Assembly (NCBI GenBank): GCA_965204745.1
Contig: OZ242010.1
Coordinates: 2,016,001 to 2,080,000 of the forward strand
Direction of reading: 5' to 3'
Length of the DNA stretch: 64,000 bases
Source of the DNA: Candidatus Latescibacterota bacterium
GTDB lineage: Bacteria; Latescibacterota; UBA2968
Shown here: in pieces, positions 38,803-50,006 of the stretch
How the letters are laid out: every line of letters starts with the position of its first letter
Numbering within the stretch: the stretch's first letter is position 1
The notes under the pieces: model-generated
The model's input: the letters and a program-made list of their open reading frames with translations, nothing else
The model's database searches: none
Told to the model about the DNA's origin: nothing
Position numbers and translations under genes: made by a program

Positions 38803-38841
38803 TGGCGGCCGGCTGCGGGTTGCCTCTTATGCCCAACGCCA

Positions 38842-38870
38842 TTGACAAAGCGATTCCATTTGTGTATTTT
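38842..38870 (+). promoter_or_regulatory. Putative sigma70 promoter for tig-clpP-clpX
   Basis: TTGACA-17 nt-TATTTT with TG extension. Confidence 0.45.
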
Positions 38871-38922
38871 GCACCCTGTTCAGCGTCCAACGCACCATTA
38901 TGAGAAAGGATGGTCCAACGCG

Positions 38923-40233
38923 ATGAATGTGCAGGTGACCGAATCCGGAACATGGCGGCGAACATTGGAAATCGAAGCCCCGGTTGAAGCCGTGGACGAG
39001 CGGCTCGATGCCGCTTATAGAAAGTACAGCAAGACCCTCAGTGTGCCGGGATTTCGCAAGGGCAAAATTCCCCTGAACGTCGTCAAACGGCACTTTGGGC
39101 AGGCCATCCAAGGAGAGGTTATCCAAGAGTTGGTCGGGGAATTTTATCAGGATGCCTGCGAAACCGAAGGCATTCACCCGGTTTCCCAAGCGGAGATTGA
39201 AATCATCGAGTTTGAAGAGGGACAGCCGCTGGTGTTCAAGGCATTTGTCGATATTCGCCCCGAGATCACCGTGGAAGCCTATAAGGGGCTGCGCGTGACC
39301 CGGCCCGCTACGACGATTGGGGACGAGCACGTTCAAGCGCGGTTGCGGGTCATGCAGGACGAGCACGCCAAAGAGCGAGTCGTGGAACGCGCTGCCGACT
39401 TTGAAGACGTGGTTTTGGCCGATCTAGAAGAGCTCGGGGAAGATGGCGACCCCATTCCAGACCATGGCACAGCGGACCAGTCGATTCGGCTGTTCAAGGA
39501 TGACGAGGGTTCGCTGGAATTTTCAAAACAGTTGGTCGGCATTTCGGCAGGGGAAGTCCGCGAGATTACGGTTGTCGCGATAGCTGCGGATGATCTCGAC
39601 CACGCTCGCGATTCTGACCATGATCACGACAAAAAAACCGTGCAGTTGCGCGTAATGGCCAAGGAGATCCGCGAGCGCGTGTTGCCGGAATTGACCGATG
39701 ACTGGGCGCGTGAAGTCGGCGGCGCCGAGACCTTAGACGCGCTTAAAACGCAGATCCTAGATGAAATGCAGACGCGGTACAATCTGCTTTCGCGCCAGCG
39801 AGTCGAGGAAAATTTGATCAACGCGCTGATCGAAGGCAATCCGTTTGAGATCCCCGAGAGCATGATCGAAACGCATCTCGACAATGTGGTCGAATCGTAC
39901 AAGCGAGAACACGCGGATCGCGATGAGGTCGACGAAGATGCGATTCGGAAAAGCAGCCGCGATCAGGTCGAGCGCTTCCTCAAGCGCCATTTGTTGCTCA
40001 ATGCGGTTGCCGCACAGGAAAACATCGAAGTGACCGATGAAGATCTCGACGAGCATCTCGAAGACTTGTCGCAACGGCATAGCATTGAAGGGGCGCGCCT
40101 GCGTCAAATTTTGAGCCGCACCGGGCAACTCGATCAGATTCAGGCGGATGCCAAAATGCAGAAGACCCTCGATTTTCTCCTCGCCCACGCGAATGTCGAA
40201 GACGTCGAGGAAGCCAAATCGCAACGTGCCTGA
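38923..40233 (+). CDS. tig: Trigger factor
   Basis: PGFRKGKIP signature; synteny with clpPX. Confidence 0.95.
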   Translation: MNVQVTESGTWRRTLEIEAPVEAVDERLDAAYRKYSKTLSVPGFRKGKIPLNVVKRHFGQAIQGEVIQELVGEFYQDACETEGIHPVSQAEIEIIEFEEGQPLVFKAFVDIRPEITVEAYKGLRVTRPATTIGDEHVQARLRVMQDEHAKERVVERAADFEDVVLADLEELGEDGDPIPDHGTADQSIRLFKDDEGSLEFSKQLVGISAGEVREITVVAIAADDLDHARDSDHDHDKKTVQLRVMAKEIRERVLPELTDDWAREVGGAETLDALKTQILDEMQTRYNLLSRQRVEENLINALIEGNPFEIPESMIETHLDNVVESYKREHADRDEVDEDAIRKSSRDQVERFLKRHLLLNAVAAQENIEVTDEDLDEHLEDLSQRHSIEGARLRQILSRTGQLDQIQADAKMQKTLDFLLAHANVEDVEEAKSQRA

Positions 40234-40287
40234 CGCACGGTCAGCGGATTTTACCACGCAAACACCAAACCGGGATTTGAAATCGAC

Positions 40288-40899
40288 ATGGCTCTGGTTC
40301 CCACGGTTCTCGAACAAACCGGGCGCGGCGAACGCGCTTACGACATTTTTTCGCGCCTGTTGCGCGACAATATCATTTTCATCGGCACGCCGATCAACGA
40401 TGCGATAGCCAATTTGGTGATCGCGCAGATGTTGTTTTGCACCTCCGAAACGCCCGAGAAACCGATTCGGCTGTACATCAATTCCCCGGGTGGCAGCATC
40501 ACCGCGGGGTTGGCGATTTACGACACCATGCAATACGTGCCCAATGACGTGGAAACGGTTTGCGTGGGTCAGGCATTTTCCCTCGGCGCGGTGCTCCTCG
40601 CAGGTGGCACAAAGGGCCAGCGGCGCGCATTGCCCAATTCTCGCATTTTGCTGCATCAGCCCATTGGCGGCGCAGGCGGTCAGGCTTCGGATATCGAGCG
40701 GCACGCCGAAGAGATTTTGCAATACCGCGACCGCTTAAACGCCATCCTATCCGATTGCACGGGGCAACCCATCGCGCAAATAGAAAGGGATGCGGACCGG
40801 GATTTCTTCATGTCGGCCGACGAGGCAAAGGACTACGGCCTCATCGACGATGTGCTCATTCCCGACCAAGCCCCCAAACCCGATATCGACGACGTGTAG
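40288..40899 (+). CDS. clpP: ATP-dependent Clp protease proteolytic subunit
   Basis: YINSPGG, GQAFSLG (Ser), HQP, DRDFFM. Confidence 0.98.
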   Translation: MALVPTVLEQTGRGERAYDIFSRLLRDNIIFIGTPINDAIANLVIAQMLFCTSETPEKPIRLYINSPGGSITAGLAIYDTMQYVPNDVETVCVGQAFSLGAVLLAGGTKGQRRALPNSRILLHQPIGGAGGQASDIERHAEEILQYRDRLNAILSDCTGQPIAQIERDADRDFFMSADEAKDYGLIDDVLIPDQAPKPDIDDV

Positions 40900-40905
40900 G
40901 GCACT

Positions 40906-42153
40906 ATGAAACGACGGACTTCCAGAACAGATATCCGCTGTTCTTTTTGCGGCAAGAGTGCGGATCAGGTCGATAAGATCGTCACCGGTCCCAGCGTGAA
41001 TATTTGTAGCGAGTGCATCAGGCTCTGCAATGAGGTGCTGCGAGAAGACGATCTCAAAAAGCCGGTCACGCTGCACAAGGGCCTGCCCAAGCCCGGCGAA
41101 ATCAAAGCGCGTCTCGACGATTACGTGATCGGTCAAGACCGCGCCAAGCGCGTGCTCGCCGTTGCGGTGTACAATCACTACAAGCGCATTCGCAGCAATC
41201 AGGCAACGGACGAGGTCGAGCTCGACAAGAGCAATATTTTGCTCATGGGCCCCACGGGCACGGGCAAGACCCTGCTGGCGCAAACCCTGGCGCGCATCTT
41301 ACAGGTGCCGTTTTCCATCGCCGACGCCACCATTTTGACCGAGGCGGGGTACGTGGGCGAAGATGTCGAAAATATCTTGGTGCGCCTGCTTCAAGCTGCG
41401 GACTACGATGTGGCGCAGGCCGAGATGGGCATTTTGTACTTGGACGAGGTCGATAAAATTTCGCGCAAGTCGGCCAACCCATCCATTACGCGCGACGTGT
41501 CCGGCGAGGGGGTTCAGCAAGCCCTGTTAAAAATTTTGGAAGGCACGGTGGCGAGCATCCCGCCCAAGGGGGGGCGCAAGCATCCCGAACAACCGCTGAT
41601 TCAACTCAATACGAAAAATATCCTGTTTATTTGCGGCGGCGCGTTCGATGGGCTAGAAAATGTCATCAGCACGCGCATCGGGCAAAAGACCATTGGCTTT
41701 GGGTCGGATTCGACCGAGCTGGAAGACCGGAATGCCGGCGAGATTTTCCAGCACGCAGAGCCAGAAGATCTGATCAAATACGGGCTGATTCCCGAACTCG
41801 CGGGGCGCATGCCCGTGATGTGTGCGTTGAGCGATTTGGACGAAAGCGCGCTGTTGCGAATTTTGACCGAGCCACAAAATGCCATTACCAAGCAATATCA
41901 CAAATTGTTTGAACTCGACGGGGTTTCCCTGACCTTTGAGCCTGACGCGCTGCGCGAGGTGGTTCGCATCACGCAGGAAAAGGGCACGGGCGCGCGCGGG
42001 TTGCGGTCCGTTCTCGAGTCGCTGATGACGGATTTGATGTTCGAGATCCCGTCCAATGGGGACATAACCGAGGTGACGATTACCCGCGACATGGTGCAAA
42101 ACCGCAACACGCCGCGCATCGAAGTTCTCGAATCTCAGAAAAAACGCGCTTAA
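40906..42153 (+). CDS. clpX: Clp protease ATP-binding subunit
   Basis: CSFCGK zinc domain, [24 protein letters not shown]. Confidence 0.99.
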   Translation: MKRRTSRTDIRCSFCGKSADQVDKIVTGPSVNICSECIRLCNEVLREDDLKKPVTLHKGLPKPGEIKARLDDYVIGQDRAKRVLAVAVYNHYKRIRSNQATDEVELDKSNILLMGPTGTGKTLLAQTLARILQVPFSIADATILTEAGYVGEDVENILVRLLQAADYDVAQAEMGILYLDEVDKISRKSANPSITRDVSGEGVQQALLKILEGTVASIPPKGGRKHPEQPLIQLNTKNILFICGGAFDGLENVISTRIGQKTIGFGSDSTELEDRNAGEIFQHAEPEDLIKYGLIPELAGRMPVMCALSDLDESALLRILTEPQNAITKQYHKLFELDGVSLTFEPDALREVVRITQEKGTGARGLRSVLESLMTDLMFEIPSNGDITEVTITRDMVQNRNTPRIEVLESQKKRA

Positions 42154-42604
42154 AACAGAGGGCAAGCGAGAGACCGCCCCCCATCCAAAAGGAAATTTCC
42201 ATGCCCATGCCCATCATCGAATCGCAAACCACCGATGAAAGACTGGCAAGGCTTAAAACAATCGCAGAACAGCACACGCAAGCCCTTAACAGACTTGAAG
42301 ATAGAGCGGAGGAGGGAGTAATCCGCGCAATCCTTTAAGGGAATTATATACTTAACTAGACGAGTCTATGTTATTATATTTTTTCCTTAAGACAATGAAT
42401 GAGAGTATTGTTTTTTCGAGGAATTTGCAATGGATACCGTGCCCACAGACAAGGATTTGACGTTAGGAGAAGCTTAAAAGGGATGCAAAGGGCATTGGGT
42501 TTATTCAAGTATATAATTCCCTCCTTTAATCCGTTTAATCCGCGATTCAGACACTTGCCACCGCGCTGTGCGAAACCGAACTCGTGGCGAATAGGAGGAC
42601 AATT

Positions 42605-42808
42605 ATGAACAAAACACACGGTACTCAGTTTAGTGAATTGGTTAGAGAGAAGCTGGCGTCTGAGGAACAGGCTCGCGATCTGTGGATACCCATAGCAGAA
42701 GAATTTAATAGGCATGGTTCCGATGCAGCCAAGGAATACCTTGACGCTGAACAACAGCGGCTTGAAGAACGCGTACAAAATCAACTCAACCAATTTGATG
42801 AGAGGTAA
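42605..42808 (+). CDS. Small helical acidic protein (67 aa)
   Basis: AGGAGGA SD; stop 4 nt before ATPase start. Confidence 0.75.
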   Translation: MNKTHGTQFSELVREKLASEEQARDLWIPIAEEFNRHGSDAAKEYLDAEQQRLEERVQNQLNQFDER

Positions 42809-42812
42809 ATTG

Positions 42813-44906
42813 ATGAAAAAGGGATTCCGCGTCCAGACCCTTACAATTGAAGGATTCAAGGGCTTTACGACACGCAAAAAAATTGACCTTAAAGGGTGCC
42901 ACACCTTTTTGTTAGGACAAAACGGCAACGGAAAGTCGAGCATCATAGAGGCCATTCGCTGGGGCTTGTTCGGTTCTACAGGTAGGCCAAATGAAATTAT
43001 AGCGAATCGAGACTACTCTGGACGGTGCCGCGTCAATCTTACCCTTATGCGTGAAGGGAAGAAGTTCAATCTTCGACGTACACTGATACGAGGTGCGAGT
43101 GGCGGAAGCGACGCTATACTCACCGATGAGCACGGGGATGAACTCTCTATTCGAGATATTATGCCCCAACTGGACTCTGTGGATGCAGGCGAGGGAATGC
43201 ACATCATTTTTTCTCCCCAAGCTACCCCGCTCCGCCGCCAGCCTGAAGACCTTACGCCATTTGAAAGAATCGTCTTTAATCACCTCGGACTGACGCATCC
43301 TCGAGCGTTACTCAGTCAACTGGATAGATTTCTCGACGGTCAAGAATTAGTTGAAAAGGACTTGGGCGAAAAACTCACTGCTACCCGCCAAGGAGTCGAT
43401 AATCAGATCAATGAACTCAATATTCAGAGGAGATATATCCTCCGTTCACCGCCTTGGGATGACGATCGTACGCCGTCAGTCGCAGAGTCCGAAAACAAAG
43501 CCCGAGATCTGATCATAAAGATTACTAGCAAACAACCTGACCCGTCTTTGTCAGGAGCATCGCTGAATGCCTTGATTGACAATGCAGAAGACGCTATAAA
43601 AGCCAGACGAGATCAAGACCAAGGAGGACTCCAAAAAGAAAAAGAAATTCTTGTCGAACGCAGGAATAGTCTGGAGGAACTCCGCGAAATTCAAGAGGAA
43701 ATGGAGGCGCAGAAATCCCAAGTTCAAAACTTACAATCGCAACTTGATGCCTTGCTGGAGGGTAAATCTCTCGACGAACTCCGGGACAACATCAACGAGA
43801 CTAGAGAAGTAGCAGACACCGCCGGTCTAAGGCGACAGATAGCCGAGAATGCGATTGTATTGCTCCAGCGCGATGAAAAGGAGTCTGTGTCCTGTCCTAT
43901 TTGCGGAGAGGAACATCACCGGCAGGATTTGGAGTCAGCACTTCAGGATACTGCCAGTCAACGTTCTGACGATGCAAATTCAAGACTAAACCAACTCAAT
44001 TCGCGGCTGAAAAAAGCCGAAGAACTTGAATGCGATGTTCAAGAGCTTAAAAATGAACTAGCTAAGACGAAGCAAAGGGCAAAGGCTATCAGGATGGATC
44101 TCGATCCAGACGACGCACAAGAACTTGCTGATCAAGTTAATGTGGACCAACTAGATGAGATGATAAAACGCTGTTTGAATGGAGAATCTTCGATAAAGGA
44201 TCGGATTGAAAAACAAGAAAGTTGGTTTGGTGCAATAGAATCCCGGCTATTCAATCTAAAGGAAGAAGCAAAATTTCATCGAATCCAAGATGAGTTGAAC
44301 AATCTTAATCAATCCAAAAACCGATTTGCGGAAGTCGAGAAAGCCTACCAAAACCTTGTTTCGTTCGGTGAATCAGTTCGAGCAATACAGCAGGCAGTGG
44401 AAATTTGCCTTAACGAACAGTTGGAGAAAGATATACCGGAGGTATCTGAAAATCTCTCGCAAGTTTTTGTTGCGTTGACTCGCCATTCATGGTTTGACCG
44501 ACTGACTATTGCGAAGGACGAACTGCCAAAACTCGAGCTACTGGTGGCGAGTAGTCAGGATCCATCCGGTACTGCACACCCCACTGAAGTACTGAATGGA
44601 CAAGCTGAAAGTGCTCTGGCCCTTGTTCCGCATTTTGCATTTAGTCAGGCGGACAACGCGCCTACTGAGGTATATCTGGTCTTACTAGATGATCCCACGC
44701 GAGCGTTTGATGAAGAACACACCGAGATATTAGTTGAACGCTTGGTCGATCTCGGTCATTCCGTACAACTCATGGTTGCTTCGCAAGAGACCGCTCGATT
44801 TCGAAAATTGTTACCGAAGAATTTCGAGCGGAGTGACTATATTATTGTTGAACCTACCTGCTGGTCGTATCACGATGGCCCAGAACTGAAGATTGAATAT
44901 GACTAG
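42813..44906 (+). CDS. Rad50/SbcC/SMC-like ABC ATPase with zinc hook
   Basis: GQNGNGKS, coiled coils around CPICG, LLDDP Walker B; signature LNGQA. Confidence 0.9.
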   Translation: MKKGFRVQTLTIEGFKGFTTRKKIDLKGCHTFLLGQNGNGKSSIIEAIRWGLFGSTGRPNEIIANRDYSGRCRVNLTLMREGKKFNLRRTLIRGASGGSDAILTDEHGDELSIRDIMPQLDSVDAGEGMHIIFSPQATPLRRQPEDLTPFERIVFNHLGLTHPRALLSQLDRFLDGQELVEKDLGEKLTATRQGVDNQINELNIQRRYILRSPPWDDDRTPSVAESENKARDLIIKITSKQPDPSLSGASLNALIDNAEDAIKARRDQDQGGLQKEKEILVERRNSLEELREIQEEMEAQKSQVQNLQSQLDALLEGKSLDELRDNINETREVADTAGLRRQIAENAIVLLQRDEKESVSCPICGEEHHRQDLESALQDTASQRSDDANSRLNQLNSRLKKAEELECDVQELKNELAKTKQRAKAIRMDLDPDDAQELADQVNVDQLDEMIKRCLNGESSIKDRIEKQESWFGAIESRLFNLKEEAKFHRIQDELNNLNQSKNRFAEVEKAYQNLVSFGESVRAIQQAVEICLNEQLEKDIPEVSENLSQVFVALTRHSWFDRLTIAKDELPKLELLVASSQDPSGTAHPTEVLNGQAESALALVPHFAFSQADNAPTEVYLVLLDDPTRAFDEEHTEILVERLVDLGHSVQLMVASQETARFRKLLPKNFERSDYIIVEPTCWSYHDGPELKIEYD

Positions 44907-45681
44907 GTTCTGTTGACATTTTGTTTTAGAGCGATGAGCGTGGCCGCAAAAGCGAGAAAGCCTCGATAACTCGTGCTGAGTTTCTCAAAGCGAGCAAATA
45001 TCCTGCGATACTGCTTCATTTTTCCAATCAACCGCTCAATCAAATTGCGTTGCTTATACCGATGGCGATCATAATCACGCGGGGTCTTGCGATAAGACCG
45101 GGGCGGAATCACGGCAACCTGTCCATGGTTCGAGAGGACGTCCAGAAACGCTTGTGAATCATAGCCCTTATCCGCGATGACAGATCGGCTCTCATACCCA
45201 GCGATTAACGCTTCGGCTTGCGTGATATCGTGGGTTTGTCCCGGTGTGAGTCGAAACCGGAGCGGGAGGCCACGCGCATCTGTGCAGAGATGGATTTTGG
45301 TGCCCAACCCGCCTCGGCTCCTGCCGAGGGCTTGCGCGGCTTGCCCCCCTTTTTTTGGGCGGCACCCGCTGCACAGGCATGAGCACGCACGACAGTGCTG
45401 TCAATGATCAGACATGCCAAGTCTGGATCAGACGTAAAATGCTGGTGCATGCGTTCCCACACGCCATACCGGCACCAGCGAGCAAAGCGTTTATAGACTG
45501 TGTTCCACTTCCCGTACTGCGCGGGCAACTGACGCCACTGACCCCCCGAGCGCATCACCCACAGAACCGCTTCAATGAAGCGTTTGCAACCGGCTTCCTC
45601 GCCGACATAGACGCGAGGGCATTCGCGGATGAATGCGAGAATTTTAGGCCACTGGTTCGCAGAAAGAATAAGGTTTGACAT
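44903..45681 (-). CDS. IS5-family transposase, two ORFs joined by programmed -1 frameshift
   Basis: WRQLP..YGKWNTVYKRF, IDST, then A7G6 slippery run at ~45344-45357, TKIH, ADKGYD, RNLIER. Confidence 0.92.
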
Positions 45682-45723
45682 ACACACAGAGTAACTCAAA
45701 ATATCCCAAATGTCAACAGAACC
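44906..45723 (-). mobile_element. IS5-family (IS427-like) insertion sequence, 818 bp
   Basis: TIR GGTTCTGTTGACATTT, TA duplication within CTAG, inward TTGACA-17-TACTCT promoter. Confidence 0.95.
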
Positions 45724-46243
45724 TAGTTACATGCCCCCCAATGCAAGCGAGTGCATTGAACGCATACGCTTAGACATTTCTCCAGTTGAGTTCGGCTACA
45801 AGATTCAAGCTCTTGCTGCACATGTGCTACTACGGCTCGGTTACAAAATAAACGAGGTCAACCCGTCAGGACATCCAGATATTGTCGCTACCAAAGACGG
45901 GAGAGAATTTCGTTTTGAGGTAGAAGCCGAAGTAACCGGGCCTCGCCCTCGAAAACTGACAGATGCTGACTTTGCCTCGTTGACGGAATCATCAAACGCA
46001 GTTGGCTATTACGCGCTTGCGATTAGCTTTCCAACGCCCTATTGGGTATTGGTGCCCGCCTCTAAACTCATCTGTAGAAAATTTTCCAGTTCAAACATGT
46101 TACTAGAAGCTCTCAGCGATAAGTCATACTCATCAGAATGGACACAGGAGTATGTGCAGTTGCTTCAATCTGAGTGCCGACAAATCAAGTTGGCATCATT
46201 CAAAGATTTAAAAAAAATGGCACTGGCAGGACGCAGGCTTTAA
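45710..46243 (+). CDS. Mrr-like PD-(D/E)xK-fold putative nuclease (native start displaced by IS5)
   Basis: LLRLGY..HPDIVA....FEVE; pre-insertion start was ATG 44899. Confidence 0.7.
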   Translation: MSTEPSYMPPNASECIERIRLDISPVEFGYKIQALAAHVLLRLGYKINEVNPSGHPDIVATKDGREFRFEVEAEVTGPRPRKLTDADFASLTESSNAVGYYALAISFPTPYWVLVPASKLICRKFSSSNMLLEALSDKSYSSEWTQEYVQLLQSECRQIKLASFKDLKKMALAGRRL

Positions 46244-46485
46244 TTGATTGGTGAAACCGAAACTTCGCCGATTTCCTGATCTTCGGCAGTTCTTACGGCA
46301 ATGACGGGTCATAACCGCGCCATGAGAAGCGCGTTCTGTATAGCCTTGAATACGGGCAGGAGGCCAAGCGTATCCCCTTGAATTGGCAGTTCACCTTGCC
46401 CAAGGCGATTAAAGCGTTCATCCTTACAACCCAAAACTCAAAATAACTTAATTTACAGATTAGTGAGAAAGGGATCGGTAAAATG

Positions 46486-47952
46486 CTATCGATCCCTTTT
46501 TTTATTTCCTCTAAAGTCGCGCCAGAATCGCATCGCAAAGGGCCAGGCAAACAAGCGAATGCCGACCGCGTAGGCGATAGCCCAGGTCGAGCCGCCGAGC
46601 AACAGGGTCTCGATAGTTCCGAAGTTGGTCGCTGAACGCACCGCGATCAGCGCGACTGTAACCCAAATTGTCGTCAGCAGGGGGCGGATATAACATTTTA
46701 AGTAGTTGATCATCCGCAGGCGGATCAGATGGTTGACCAGCAGTTGCGTGACGATGAGGAATATCACGGCAATGCCCGAGATCGCCGCGGCCACGCCCGC
46801 AATGCCATAGCGCACGCCCCAAAAGAGCGCGGGGATGAAAACGATCAGATTGGCGACCGTCCATCTAAACGACCAGTTCGCCTTGCCCTTGGCGAGAAAA
46901 ACCGATCCCACAATCGTGCCCACGGCTTTGAGCATGCCCGCCGTGATCAACAGCCTGAGCGGAATGAGCGCGGGCAACATGGCCTCGCCCTTGACGAGCA
47001 ACAAAATCTCTCGCGCATACACAAACCCGCCTGCGAGTGCGGGCCAGGCCCCCAGGGCTATCGCGGCAACCGCGCGCGTATATCCCCGTCGCAACACCCG
47101 ATCATCCCCTTGCACCACGGAAAATGCCGGGAAGATCACGCGCATTAAAATGATGCTCCCGTGTCTCAACGGCATCATCGTGTATTGATAGACAAAGGAA
47201 TACAACGCCATAGCCACAGGCCCCAAGTAAATCGGGATAAAATAGCCCTTGTCCAAGTTGGCGGTGATGTAATTCACGATGTTCGCGCCGGCGACATTCA
47301 ATCCAAACCCCAAGATGTCCCGAAGCGCGCGCCACTGAAACGACAGCGCGGGCAGCCACGAGACAGCGATCCACAAACAGGCCAGCAAGGCAAACTCTCT
47401 GACTAGGGCGTTCCAAACCGCGCTCTCAATGCCATAGCCACCAGCGAGCAGGCCCAGGCCCACGCCTGCCGCGATGAGCACGGAGATCACCTCGCCCAAT
47501 GCAATGGCGCGAAAATTGAGTTTGCGTGCCAGTTGTGCGCGCATCACACCCGAAACAGAAGCCGCCGGGATAATCAGGGCCAAGGGTTGCAACACGCTTG
47601 CAAATGCGTGGGCATCCACATCTTTCGCCCAACCTGCGACCCGCATGCCCAGCGCGGATGCCCCAAAAAACAGGGCCAGATACAGAGCGCACCCAACTCC
47701 CAAGCACGCCCAAAACGCCGCGCTAAAATGGGCATTGCGCGCATCTTTGTGTCGAACCAGCGCGTCATTGAGGCCCAAGGTGCTGAGCAGGGGAAACAAG
47801 ACCACGACCCGCAACGCCCAGGTGAAATAGCCCATGTCTTCCAGATCGAGCATCCGATAAAAGATCAGGGTCACGATGAGTTGGATGCCCAACCCGCCAC
47901 CCGTCCAAAACGCACCGCGCACCGCACGCGTCGCCAACGATTGATCGCCCAC
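46486..47952 (-). CDS. Polysaccharide flippase (Wzx/WzxC-like)
   Basis: AVRGAFW start, LNFR, FPAFS, many TM helices. Confidence 0.88.
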   Translation of the reverse strand: MGDQSLATRAVRGAFWTGGGLGIQLIVTLIFYRMLDLEDMGYFTWALRVVVLFPLLSTLGLNDALVRHKDARNAHFSAAFWACLGVGCALYLALFFGASALGMRVAGWAKDVDAHAFASVLQPLALIIPAASVSGVMRAQLARKLNFRAIALGEVISVLIAAGVGLGLLAGGYGIESAVWNALVREFALLACLWIAVSWLPALSFQWRALRDILGFGLNVAGANIVNYITANLDKGYFIPIYLGPVAMALYSFVYQYTMMPLRHGSIILMRVIFPAFSVVQGDDRVLRRGYTRAVAAIALGAWPALAGGFVYAREILLLVKGEAMLPALIPLRLLITAGMLKAVGTIVGSVFLAKGKANWSFRWTVANLIVFIPALFWGVRYGIAGVAAAISGIAVIFLIVTQLLVNHLIRLRMINYLKCYIRPLLTTIWVTVALIAVRSATNFGTIETLLLGGSTWAIAYAVGIRLFAWPFAMRFWRDFRGNKKRDR

Positions 47953-48461
47953 ACATCCCTCCTCAAAACTTGAGAATCAAGCAAAAACCTCGGTTTTTTT
48001 GGAATTTCCAGACAGCGTTGGAACGTGCGAGTGCGGTCTTGGATATTCAAAAGGACCTATTGCAAATCATCTCGTCCATGATGTCCATCGTGCATTGTAA
48101 GTCCACAGGGCATGGTCTCCCGGCGTGTTGCTCCCGATGATCACCGAGTCATTGGGGAGCCGGATCGCTGATAAATAGAGCGCGTGCCCATAGACGCGCC
48201 CGGGTTTTGTCAAGATCGTTTGCCGATGCATAGTCGGGTTGGCGAATCGTTTTTTCAGCGGGCTTTGTGCTAAAGAAAACGCGCTTGCCTGACGGGGTGT
48301 AGTTGCGTAACTTGATCAGACATAGACCTGTGCTTTCCGAGAAGGAGTGAGGGTTTTGGCGAGCAACTTTAATCTAACTCTTTTTTTTGCACAGGTCTTT
48401 TATTTTTCTCGCGTAGCATGGTTTATCTGTGGTGGCTTTTCGCCTTTCTGAAAGGATGGTT

Positions 48462-49214
48462 ATGTCAAATCCCACGATTGATTTGTTGTTGTCGCACCGG
48501 AGTATTCGCCGCTTTGAAGATCGCCCGTTGCCCGATGGGGTGTTGGAGACCCTGATTCGGTGCGGGCAACAGGCGAGTACGTCGAGCAATTTGCAGGCTT
48601 ATACCGCGATTCACGTGGCCGATCCCGAGCGCAAAAAGCGACTGGCCGAGTTGTGTGCGGATCAAGTGCAGATCCATGAGAGCGCGGCATTTTTGGCTTT
48701 TTGTGCGGATCTGCATCGAGACCGAATGTGCAATCAGATGCACGCGGCCGAGCGGTTTGATGGGGATTATGTCGAGGCGTTGATGATCGCGACTGTGGAT
48801 GTCGCGCTGATGATGCAAAACGTGGCGATAGCAGCCGAAGCGATGGGATTGGGCATTTGCATGATCGGCGCGATGCGGAACAACCCCAAGGCCGTGGGCG
48901 CGTTGCTCGGCTTGCCCGCGCACGTCGTCGCCGTGGCCGGATTTTGCATTGGCTATCCCGCGCAAGCACCCGAAGTGAAACCGCGCTTGCCACTGTCTGC
49001 GGTGTTGCAGCGAGAACGCTATTTAGACGACGAAACGCACCGGGCGATTTTAGCGGATTACGATCAGACGATGGTCGAGTTTTATGCGTCCCAAGGCATG
49101 CACACAGGCGATCAGCGATGGACCAAAGTCATGGCCGAGCGCACCGGGCAATTCCACGCCCGCGAAGAATTGGACGAATTTCTGACCGCCCAAGGATTCC
49201 GCCTGCGGAGATAG
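48462..49214 (+). CDS. NADPH-dependent nitroreductase (NfsA/Frp family)
   Basis: HRSIRRF, STSSNLQ, IGAMRNN, KPRLP. Confidence 0.93.
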   Translation: MSNPTIDLLLSHRSIRRFEDRPLPDGVLETLIRCGQQASTSSNLQAYTAIHVADPERKKRLAELCADQVQIHESAAFLAFCADLHRDRMCNQMHAAERFDGDYVEALMIATVDVALMMQNVAIAAEAMGLGICMIGAMRNNPKAVGALLGLPAHVVAVAGFCIGYPAQAPEVKPRLPLSAVLQRERYLDDETHRAILADYDQTMVEFYASQGMHTGDQRWTKVMAERTGQFHAREELDEFLTAQGFRLRR

Positions 49215-49332
49215 CGCGATTCCCTAGAACATACGGGCCAAGTGCTGGATTGGGAAAGTACTTGACCGCGTTTTGTGGGTGTGTTATATACGCCGGTGCG
49301 AGTTAGAGAAGACCACACAGAAGGAGGAGAAC

Positions 49333-49977
49333 ATGAACGTGCTGATTTTGTCTGGGGAGAACCATCGGTTTGCGGACAGCGCCGAGGTCATCAACGGGTT
49401 TTTGCGCGGTCGGGATGATTTGTCTGTCGCGCTTGAGACCGATAAGGATGTGTTGACTTCGGGCGCGCTGAACGCGTTCGACGTGCTCGTACACGGAACG
49501 GGCTTCACGCGCACAGAGCGCGGGGCAGATGGCAGTGTGAATCGCGTGCCGGACTTGACGCCCGCGCAGGAAAACGGGATTTTCGAGTTTGTGGCCGGGG
49601 GCAAGGGCTTGGTGGGCATTCACGGCACGGCTTGGTGGATCGGGGGCAAGGCCGTGGATTTGATTGGCGGGCATGCAAACTGGCATCCGCCTGGGATGAC
49701 GTTCACCGTGCAAATTGCGGATGACGCGCATCCCATCACGCAGGGCATCGATGATTTTGAGGTGGAAGACGAGATTTACATGTCGGCTTGGGATCCGACT
49801 ATCCACATCTTGGCAACCGCGACTTGGAGCGACAAGCAACACCCCATGGCCTGGGTCAAGCCTTACGGCGACGGGCGGGTATTTTATACGACGCTAGGAC
49901 ATGGCCCCGGCACATTCGAGCGGGCCGCGATGCAGAAGTTGGTGACGCAGGGCGCGCGATGGGCAGGGGGAAATTGA
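49333..49977 (+). CDS. ThuA-like domain protein
   Basis: GKGLVGIH, HPIT, DEIY, GRVFYTTLGH. Confidence 0.9.
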   Translation: MNVLILSGENHRFADSAEVINGFLRGRDDLSVALETDKDVLTSGALNAFDVLVHGTGFTRTERGADGSVNRVPDLTPAQENGIFEFVAGGKGLVGIHGTAWWIGGKAVDLIGGHANWHPPGMTFTVQIADDAHPITQGIDDFEVEDEIYMSAWDPTIHILATATWSDKQHPMAWVKPYGDGRVFYTTLGHGPGTFERAAMQKLVTQGARWAGGN

Positions 49978-50006
49978 GGCGCACACTTTGACAAAGGAAT
50001 GAGACG

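Noticed and set aside
47953-48461. 500 bp intergenic region with a hairpin at ~48130-48160
   Set aside because: Divergent promoter region; no riboswitch or ncRNA consensus that I can recognise.
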